Shown here piece by piece: positions 54,016 through 60,313 of a stretch of 64,000 nucleotides of DNA; position 1 is the first letter of the stretch, and every line of letters starts with the position of its first letter. The notes under the pieces are model-generated. The model saw only the letters and a program-made list of their open reading frames with translations, was not told the DNA's origin and did not search any database. The stretch comes from Gemmatimonadales bacterium. Lineage in GTDB: Bacteria > Gemmatimonadota > Gemmatimonadetes > Gemmatimonadales > GWC2-71-9. Position numbers and translations under genes: made by a program. The stretch lies in NCBI GenBank assembly GCA_036556025.1, contig DATBKD010000053.1, forward strand, positions 20,326 to 84,325, in the 5' to 3' direction.

Positions 54016-54231
54016 ATGAAACCCTCACTCCTCATCGGTATCGTGCTCATGCTGTTGGGTGGGTATGTGCTGGTACGCGGACTCAGCTACACCTCTGACC
54101 GTCACGAACTCAAGGTTGGAGGTCTCGAGGCCTCGGTGGAAGAGAAGCGCTCGGTACCGACTTGGGTCGGCGCTCTCGCCATCGTCGGCGGACTCGCCCT
54201 CGTGATCGCAGGCAGCCGTCGGAAGAGCTGA
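54016..54231 (+). CDS. Small two-TM membrane protein (DUF3185-like)
   Basis: Two hydrophobic helices flanking a charged loop. 71 aa. Confidence 0.6.
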   Translation: MKPSLLIGIVLMLLGGYVLVRGLSYTSDRHELKVGGLEASVEEKRSVPTWVGALAIVGGLALVIAGSRRKS

Positions 54232-54235
54232 GATC

Positions 54236-54565
54236 TTGACGTCCCGCAGTCCGGACAGCTACACCGCCATCTACCGCATCGTTCGCCGAATCCCCCGCGG
54301 CCGGGTGGCGACCTACGGACAGGTTGCTGAACTCGCCGGCCTGGCTGGCCATGCCCGCCAGGTGGGATACGCCCTTCACGCGTTGCCTTCGGGCACCACC
54401 GTTCCATGGCACCGGGTGGTGAATGCGGCGGGAGGGATCAGTCTGCGAACCTCGCCCGGGGCGGAGCTCACTCAACGCATGCTGCTCCAGCGCGAAGGCA
54501 TCCGATTCGACGCCCGTGGGCGGCTGTCGCTGGCCCGGCTGCGCTGGCGCCCTCGGGGTGCGTGA
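54236..54565 (+). CDS. Alkyltransferase-like (ATL) protein: MGMT DNA-binding domain with Trp replacing the acceptor Cys
   Basis: RIPRGRVATYGQVA and VPWHRVVN. The canonical PCHRV is PWHRV here, as in the E. coli and S. pombe ATL proteins. Confidence 0.8.
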   Translation: MTSRSPDSYTAIYRIVRRIPRGRVATYGQVAELAGLAGHARQVGYALHALPSGTTVPWHRVVNAAGGISLRTSPGAELTQRMLLQREGIRFDARGRLSLARLRWRPRGA

Positions 54566-55471
54566 GTGATCGTCCACGTGCTGGGTGTCCCCATGGACCT
54601 CGGCTCCGGCCGGCGCGGAGTGGACATGGGTCCATCCGCGATCCGAATTGCCGGCCTTTCGGACCGGCTGCGCGAGCTGGGGCACAAGGTGGTGGACGAA
54701 GGCGATTTCTCCATCAAGAACCTGGAAGAGCTCAGGGTCGGCGATGAGCACGCCAGATATCTCGCCGAGATCGCCCGGGCGTCTCGGTTAGTCTGCCGCA
54801 AGATCGAGCGGGTCATGGACCGGGGCGATTTCCCCTTGGTCCTGGGCGGCGACCACTCTATCGCGGTCGGCACTGTTTCCGGAGTCGCCGCCCATGCCCA
54901 TCGCCAACGGAAGAAGGTCGGCGTCCTCTGGATCGATGCCCATGGCGACATCAACACGCCCCAAACCTCGCCGACCGGCAACATCCACGGCATGCCGCTG
55001 GCGTCCCTCTTGGGTGACGGACCCGAGGAGCTGACGGGTGTGGGCGGTGATTTCCGCAAAGTCGACCCGGCCAACGTCGCCCTGGTCGGGATCCGCAGCC
55101 TGGACGAAGGGGAGAAAGTCCGGCTCAAGCGCTACGGCGTGCAGGTGCACACCATGTCGGACATCGACCGCCACGGCATCCACCGGGTGATGAAGAAGGC
55201 GATGGCCCGGGTAACCGACGGCACCGCGTATCTGCACGTGAGCTTCGATCTGGACGCGGTCGACCCCACGGTGGCGCCGGGGGTCGGCACCCCGGTCAAG
55301 GGCGGCCTGGACTACCGGGAGGCCCACCTGATCATGGAGCTGTTGTCCGACTCGGGCCGGATGACCTCACTGGAGATGGTGGAGGTGAATCCGATCCTGG
55401 ACGATCGGAACGCGTCCGCCACCTTTGCGGTCGAGCTGGTGCAGTCTGCCTTCGGAAAGAAGATCCTCTAG
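54566..55471 (+). CDS. rocF: Arginase
   Basis: GGDHSIAVG, DAHGDINT, SFDLDAVDP manganese-ligand motifs. Confidence 0.9.
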   Translation: MIVHVLGVPMDLGSGRRGVDMGPSAIRIAGLSDRLRELGHKVVDEGDFSIKNLEELRVGDEHARYLAEIARASRLVCRKIERVMDRGDFPLVLGGDHSIAVGTVSGVAAHAHRQRKKVGVLWIDAHGDINTPQTSPTGNIHGMPLASLLGDGPEELTGVGGDFRKVDPANVALVGIRSLDEGEKVRLKRYGVQVHTMSDIDRHGIHRVMKKAMARVTDGTAYLHVSFDLDAVDPTVAPGVGTPVKGGLDYREAHLIMELLSDSGRMTSLEMVEVNPILDDRNASATFAVELVQSAFGKKIL

Positions 55472-55731
55472 GGTACCCCTCGAAGGGCCTTGATGAACCG
55501 CAACATGTCCGCGGTGCGATCGAACACCCGCACGGCGGGATCGGCCAGTGCCCGGGCGCGTGGCTCGAGCTTGAGGTCGAGGTGCGGCCAACGCCGGTTG
55601 CCGAGCTGCAGCGCCTGCGGCGGAGCGCCGATCCGCTCCCGGAAGGTCTCCAGCTCGACCAGATCGTTGGTGGTGGAGAGGACGTGGGACCAGCCGGGCG
55701 CCCAGAGGTTCTCCCGGTCCATCACGATCAC
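55468..55731 (-). CDS. DUF4031 family protein
   Basis: WSHVLSTTNDLVELETFRERIG ... PHLDLKLEPRARAL resembles the DUF4031 pattern (WxHLxSD...LHxFA...PHYDL). Confidence 0.6.
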   Translation of the reverse strand: MIVMDRENLWAPGWSHVLSTTNDLVELETFRERIGAPPQALQLGNRRWPHLDLKLEPRARALADPAVRVFDRTADMLRFIKALRGVP

Positions 55732-55803
55732 GGGGCAGACTGGCCGCGGAGAGGATACAACTGGGTCGGGTGCATGGCGCAGGAGTATGGCACCACCCCG
55801 AGC

Positions 55804-56394
55804 CTAGGTGCAAACCAACCCCCTCTCCTCGGCCACTTGCCAGAGCGACCGCTGCAGCATCCGCCTTCCCCGGTGCAGCCGTGATCGAACCGTGCCGACG
55901 GGGCAACCCACCACATCGGCGATCTGTTGATACGAGAAATCCTCGATGAAATAGAGACTGGCAACGACGCGATACTCCCCGGGGAGCCGATCCAACGCCT
56001 CCGCCACCTGCTCTGAGTCGAGCCGGTCCAACAAGGCCGAGGCTGGATCAGGCTCCCGGCTGTGCAGGCCAGCCTCACCGGTCCGGTTGTAGAGATACAG
56101 CGGCTCCAGATCCTCGGTGCTGACGTTGGCCCGCTCGTGCTTCTCTCTGCGATGCCGGCTGTAGAACGCGTTGGTCAGAATCCGAAAGAACCAGGCCTTG
56201 AAGTTGGTCCCCTGCTCGAAGGAGGCGAATCCTCGGAAAGCCAGCAGCGCCGCGTCCTGCACCAGGTCCTCCGCCTCGGTTCGGTCGCGAGTGAGTCGGA
56301 CCGCGGTGCCATAGGCCATCGGGAGAACCGGCGCGAGCAGGGCCTCGAATTCGCCCTGGGTCCTGGTGGGTTCGACAATACCAGCCGCAATCAT
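55804..56394 (-). CDS. ECF-type RNA polymerase sigma factor
   Basis: Region 2 EAEDLVQDAALLAFRGF...FKAWFFRILTNAF. Region 4 SYQQIADVVGCPVGTVRSRLHRGR. Start ATG 56394 overlaps the STAS gene stop (ATGA). Confidence 0.9.
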   Translation of the reverse strand: MIAAGIVEPTRTQGEFEALLAPVLPMAYGTAVRLTRDRTEAEDLVQDAALLAFRGFASFEQGTNFKAWFFRILTNAFYSRHRREKHERANVSTEDLEPLYLYNRTGEAGLHSREPDPASALLDRLDSEQVAEALDRLPGEYRVVASLYFIEDFSYQQIADVVGCPVGTVRSRLHRGRRMLQRSLWQVAEERGLVCT

Positions 56395-56657
56395 GGGGCA
56401 TCCTCCCGCAGCAGCTCCGCGACCAAGGGCGAGCAATTGACGATGGAGACCGGCATCCCAGCGAGAGCGTGGAGCACCTCGACCGCCCGCTGGTCGAGAT
56501 AGCTCACCCGTCCTAGATCGAGCGACACTCGGTTCTGGGTCTCCAGGAGTGCGCGACACTCCTCTTCCAGCAGCGCGGCCCATTCCGCCACGATTTGGCC
56601 TTCAGCCTGAAGCGTGACCTCATGGGGCCGGGCGTTTATTCGGGTCAACCGGAGCAT
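56391..56657 (-). CDS. STAS-domain protein (anti-sigma-factor-antagonist-like)
   Basis: 88 aa. VSLDLGRVSYLDQRAVEVLHAL is STAS-like. Translationally coupled to the ECF sigma gene. Confidence 0.7.
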   Translation of the reverse strand: MLRLTRINARPHEVTLQAEGQIVAEWAALLEEECRALLETQNRVSLDLGRVSYLDQRAVEVLHALAGMPVSIVNCSPLVAELLREDAP

Positions 56658-56802
56658 CGATCCTCACATCGAGCGGCTATCGCCGGGGATGGCAGCCTCT
56701 TAGGCAGTGGACGTGCCAGGTCCTTCCCGGGCCAGGAGCGATCTGTTAAGTATTTGACGTTGAAATAGTTACTGCTTTCCGCCAAGCAGACTTGGGGGGC
56801 CG

Positions 56803-56839
56803 ATTGGGAGATTCCCTCACAGCCAATTGGGAATTTCCC
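56803..56839. promoter_or_regulatory. Two tandem ATTGGGAnnTTCCC palindromic boxes (candidate operator pair)
   Basis: ATTGGGAGATTCCC (56803-56816) and ATTGGGAATTTCCC (56826-56839), 23 bp start to start. The second contains the perfect palindrome GGGAAtTTCCC. Lies in the divergent region between the STAS-ECF operon and the gene at 56945. Confidence 0.45.
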
Positions 56840-56944
56840 AAGTCCTGGGAACGGCGCTGTGAACTGGATCCTCGATCCTCCAGGATTCCGGCTACATTTT
56901 TTCTTTTCGTCCGCACGCTTGGGATCAGCTATGGGGGTACTGCG

Positions 56945-57310
56945 ATGACATCACCGGAGAGTCCTGATCGCGACATCCCACCCGCGTCGAACTGGGTGGC
57001 TTCGTGGGAGACAGAAGACAATTACTGGCATGAGAACTTCAGCAGCCTGCCCTATGCCCCTGGGCCGGACTACTATGACCGGTTCCGCCCCGCGTTTCGG
57101 TACGGCGTCGAGTCGGCTTCTCACAGCCTGGGGCGAAGCTTTAACGAGGCCGAGTCCGACCTCGCGCAAGGGTGGGAGCGCTACCAGCATCGGGGTGAGC
57201 AGCCGGCGGCATGGGAGGAAATCAAGGAGGCGGTTCGGGACGCGTGGAATCGAATAACCGGTGCCCGAACGGCCGAGGCCGAAGGGCGAAAACCCCAGAT
57301 CCGCGAATAA
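56945..57310 (+). CDS. Hypothetical small soluble protein (121 aa), Trp/Tyr-rich
   Basis: ATG 56945. Motifs YWHENF...PYAPGPDYYDRFRPAFRYG...WEEIKEAVRDAWNR. The upstream TTG-start extension covers T-rich non-coding sequence. Confidence 0.6.
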   Translation: MTSPESPDRDIPPASNWVASWETEDNYWHENFSSLPYAPGPDYYDRFRPAFRYGVESASHSLGRSFNEAESDLAQGWERYQHRGEQPAAWEEIKEAVRDAWNRITGARTAEAEGRKPQIRE

Positions 57311-57347
57311 GGGCAGCACACCGCAGCCAACGTGACATATTTCGAGC

Positions 57348-58481
57348 ATGGCTGACGCCATCCGCGATCTGTTCTTCGGGCTTCCCACGCGGGAGCTGGT
57401 CGAGGCGATTACACCTCGCCGCTCCTTCGAGGACGTGGTGCTTCCGACCACGACCATGCGATCGCTCAACCACGCGCTCGCTCTGGTCCGCAAGCACGAC
57501 CTGATCTTCCATCAGTGGGGACTCGCGGAACGACACTCGACCGGCCTGGGCCTGGCGTTTCATTTCGCGGGGCCGCCCGGGACCGGCAAGACTATCTGCG
57601 CCGAGGCCCTTGCCTATGCGCTCAACCGCAAGCTCCTGGTGGTGCGCTACGCCGAAATGGAGTCCCGCTGGGTAGGGCAGACGGGCCGGCACGTAGCGAC
57701 AGTCTTCCGTGCCGCTGCCCAGCAGGATGCGGTGCTCTTCTTCGATGAGGCGGACGCCATCGCCGGGCGGCGGTTTACCTCGGTAAGCGCGGGCTACGAG
57801 CGGGAGGCGAACTCGATCGTGGACGTGCTGCTGCACGAGCTCGAAGCTTTCCCGGGCGTGGTCATCTTCGCCACCAATCTCGCCGCCAACATCGACCCCG
57901 CGTTCGAGCGCCGGATTCGCACCCACATCCTGTTCGAGATGCCCAACGAGGAGGAGCGGGAGTTGATCTGGCGGGTGCAGCTCCACTCCCGCAAGACTCC
58001 CCTGGCCGCGGATGTGGACTTTCGGGCCCTGGCCGAGGCTTATCCGCGGAGCGGCGGCGACATCAAGAACGCGGTCCTCAAAGCCGCGCAGATCGCCACG
58101 ACCGAGCCGGGCCCCGACTCGGAGAAGCAGATTCACCAGCGTCACTTCGTCCAGGGCATGGAGGAGGTCATCGCGGCCGAATCGGTGATGGCTCAATCGC
58201 TCTTCGATACGGCGCCCAGCGGTCCCGCGGCGGCGATGGGCGTGCTGGAACAGCTGGCCGAGGGGCAGGAGCAGCTGCGGGCTGAAACCGGGCTGCTGGC
58301 TGAACGACTCGAGGGCCTGAACCGGGCTCACTCCAGCCTGGAACGCACTCACGCCGAGCTGAAGGCAAGGGAAGCCGTCCAGACCCTGGCCTGGAAGGGC
58401 CGGCTGCAGGTTTATCTCGGCGTCGCGCTGCTCCTCTCGGCCGTCGCCCTCATGCTCTCCCTGCTGCGCTGGGTTCTGTGA
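57348..58481 (+). CDS. AAA+ ATPase with C-terminal coiled coil and transmembrane anchor
   Basis: Walker A GPPGTGKT, Walker B VLFFDEAD, sensor/Arg-finger region NLAANIDPAFERRI. C-terminal heptad-like region then LQVYLGVALLLSAVALMLSLL. Confidence 0.85.
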   Translation: MADAIRDLFFGLPTRELVEAITPRRSFEDVVLPTTTMRSLNHALALVRKHDLIFHQWGLAERHSTGLGLAFHFAGPPGTGKTICAEALAYALNRKLLVVRYAEMESRWVGQTGRHVATVFRAAAQQDAVLFFDEADAIAGRRFTSVSAGYEREANSIVDVLLHELEAFPGVVIFATNLAANIDPAFERRIRTHILFEMPNEEERELIWRVQLHSRKTPLAADVDFRALAEAYPRSGGDIKNAVLKAAQIATTEPGPDSEKQIHQRHFVQGMEEVIAAESVMAQSLFDTAPSGPAAAMGVLEQLAEGQEQLRAETGLLAERLEGLNRAHSSLERTHAELKAREAVQTLAWKGRLQVYLGVALLLSAVALMLSLLRWVL

Positions 58482-58488
58482 CGGTGGA

Positions 58489-59352
58489 TCAGCGCTTTCG
58501 CAGCAGCACGTCTTCGCTCCTGATGTTCGGCCCCACCAACAGTACCATCAGCCGCGATTCGTAGCCCGGGGCGCTCACCCGCACGTACTGAGTCCGGCAA
58601 TTGTCTACCAGAGACAGATCGAACCGGAAGTGATATTCGCCCTGCTCGTCGGTGAAGGTCACGTAGGGTGTGCCCAGCATCTGGAGATGTGCGCCGGCCA
58701 GCGGTCGGCCGTCATTCTGCCGGAAGATCTTTCCTTGCACCACCCCGAACTGGATGGGGCCTGCGGAATCCCGGGGTGCGACCGGGTGGGGGATGCAGCG
58801 CTCCGGGTTATCCGGGAGATAGGCTTCCATCGGACGTGAGGCCTGAGGACCTGCACCCGGGCGGGGGCCCAAACGCGGCCGGCCGAAGATTCGGCGAGCC
58901 TCCGACTCCATCGTCGCCTCGGGCTCAGGGGATGGCGCCGGCGCTGGTGCACTGGGCGTAGCGGTGCCGGTCGGGCTGCCGCCGATGGGCTGCTTGGGCG
59001 CCTCCTCACCTTCGCTGCGCTTGGCCTCCGGTGGTGCGTTCGCCTCCGGCTCGGGCCGGGGCTGAGCCTTTTTCGGTGGCGGGGCCATCAAGCGGGGAGG
59101 CGGCTTGGGTGACTCCAGCCTTGGCGGCGGCGGAACCACCCGGGGCCGCGGTTGGGGAGGGGGTAGAGGTACGTAGATCATCTCGACCTGCCGGTTTGGC
59201 CGGGCCGCCCGGTTCTCCTCGTCCGCAGGCAGAACCTCCCCCTGCCGGGAGTGCTGAATGACGAGCAACAGGATCAGCACGTGCACCCCGCTGCTGACGG
59301 CGAGGGAGAACCAGGGTCGCTTTTTGGCGAGGGGGTCCGGCGATTTGAGCAA
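58489..59352 (-). CDS. Membrane-anchored Pro-rich protein with C-terminal carboxypeptidase-regulatory-like (CarboxypepD_reg) domain
   Basis: TM (VHVLILLLVI), PPPQPRPRVVPPPPRLESPKPPP linker, C-terminal VQGKIFRQNDGRPLAGAHLQ...DEQGEYHF. Proposed TTG start at 59352. The ATG at 59463 would translate the repeat arm. Confidence 0.65.
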   Translation of the reverse strand: MLKSPDPLAKKRPWFSLAVSSGVHVLILLLVIQHSRQGEVLPADEENRAARPNRQVEMIYVPLPPPQPRPRVVPPPPRLESPKPPPRLMAPPPKKAQPRPEPEANAPPEAKRSEGEEAPKQPIGGSPTGTATPSAPAPAPSPEPEATMESEARRIFGRPRLGPRPGAGPQASRPMEAYLPDNPERCIPHPVAPRDSAGPIQFGVVQGKIFRQNDGRPLAGAHLQMLGTPYVTFTDEQGEYHFRFDLSLVDNCRTQYVRVSAPGYESRLMVLLVGPNIRSEDVLLRKR

Positions 59353-59360
59353 AGAAGTAT

Positions 59361-59515
59361 GCAGTAAGTGGTTAGCAGTAAGGAGAAAGCAGTGACCAGT
59401 TTCTAAAAGTAAGGAGTGAGGAGTGAGGAGTAAGGAGGAGCAGTGTGAAACGCGGGAGCACACCTTACTCCTTACTCCTCACTCCTTACTTTAGACTGCT
59501 CACTGCTTACTGTCC
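59361..59515. repeat. Long heptamer-word hairpin: ...GTAAGGA GTGAGGA GTGAGGA GTAAGGA... loop ...CCTTAC TCCTTAC TCCTCAC TCCTTAC...
   Basis: Read directly. 59409-59435 pairs with 59463-59489 (27 positions, 1 G-T). Outer segments GCAGTGACCAGTTTCTAAAA / TTTAGACTGCTCACTGC extend the stem. Occupies the entire divergent spacer and ends 2 nt before ATG 59518. Confidence 0.9.
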
Positions 59516-59517
59516 TT

Positions 59518-60246
59518 ATGGAATTGGCTGCCTGGACCCCATACGTCGCGGCGATGCTGGCCTACCACAATGGTGCGCGGGACGCCACCATCGTGGTCTA
59601 CGATGATTACGAACGAGACGAAGCTCCCATTGGGTACTTCTACCGGGAGCCGGCCGATTTCCCACTTCTGGAATGCCGGGCCCTGGAGCTCTGCCGGGGA
59701 CGCGTGCTCGATATCGGCGCCGGGTCCGGCTGTCACGCCCTCGCGTTGCAGCAGCGGGGGCTCGCGGTAACCGCGATCGAGGTGGCGCCTGAGCTGGTCG
59801 AGATCCTCCGCGCGCGCGGCGTCCGAGATGCCCGGCTCGCGACCTGGATGGATTTCGAGGCCGAGCCCTACGACACGGTCTTCATCATGATGAACGGCGT
59901 AGGTCTGGCGGAGACTCTTCCCGGGCTGCGGCCTTTTCTCCGGCGGCTGCGCACGCTGATTCGCAGTGACGGGCAGGTGCTGGCTGATTCGACCGATGTC
60001 GGGGTGTACCTGGACCCCGAGGCCGGCCGAACCGGCAGGCTGGAGCGCCCCGACGGCCGTTACCTCGGCGAGCTGCATTTTCAGTTGGAGTTCGAGGGGA
60101 GAAAGGGAGCGCCGTTCTCGCAGCTCTATGTCGATCCCGGCACGCTCAGCCGGCACGCCGCGGCCGAGGGGTGGGACTGCGAGATTCTCCTGCCTCCGGA
60201 TGAGTACGGCCACTACCTGGTGCGACTGGCGCCCAAAACGCCGTGA
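59518..60246 (+). CDS. Class I SAM-dependent methyltransferase
   Basis: Motif I VLDIGAGSGCHALAL. Post-I acidic residue (AIE). Confidence 0.8.
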   Translation: MELAAWTPYVAAMLAYHNGARDATIVVYDDYERDEAPIGYFYREPADFPLLECRALELCRGRVLDIGAGSGCHALALQQRGLAVTAIEVAPELVEILRARGVRDARLATWMDFEAEPYDTVFIMMNGVGLAETLPGLRPFLRRLRTLIRSDGQVLADSTDVGVYLDPEAGRTGRLERPDGRYLGELHFQLEFEGRKGAPFSQLYVDPGTLSRHAAAEGWDCEILLPPDEYGHYLVRLAPKTP

Positions 60247-60313
60247 GCAATGAGCAGTGACAGGTACGAGGCGGCGCTCCTCCTTACTTCTCACTGCTCA
60301 CTGCTTACTGAGG
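60243..60313. repeat. Heptamer-word inverted repeat: GTGAGCA ATGAGCA GTGACAG GTACGAG ... TCCTTAC TTCTCAC TGCTCAC TGCTTAC
   Basis: Read directly. The methyltransferase stop TGA (60244-60246) is in unit 1. The stop of the convergent cphA-like gene (60298-60300) is in the right arm. Confidence 0.88.

Noticed and set aside
53886-54098. ORFs that translate the word arrays: 53886-54098 (...SLFTLHPPTSTLHSSLFTF...), the N-terminus of 58489-59463 (...HCSSLLLTPHSLLLETGHCFLLTANHLL...), the start of 60250-61074, and 31743-31943.
   Set aside because: The low-complexity peptides are generated by heptamer repeats, and the frames are not supported by flanking coding signal. They are better explained as non-coding repeat elements.
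56792-56944. TTG-initiated N-terminal extension of the 56945 gene. Similar longest-ORF extensions occur at 9579, 10612-11292, 14978, 16041, 18906-19889, 19958-21199, 31796, 35563, 36915-37982 and 55804-56583.
   Set aside because: The extensions overlap neighbouring genes, operator-like or repeat DNA, or lack signal peptides that appear at internal starts. The internal starts have better RBS and overlap context.
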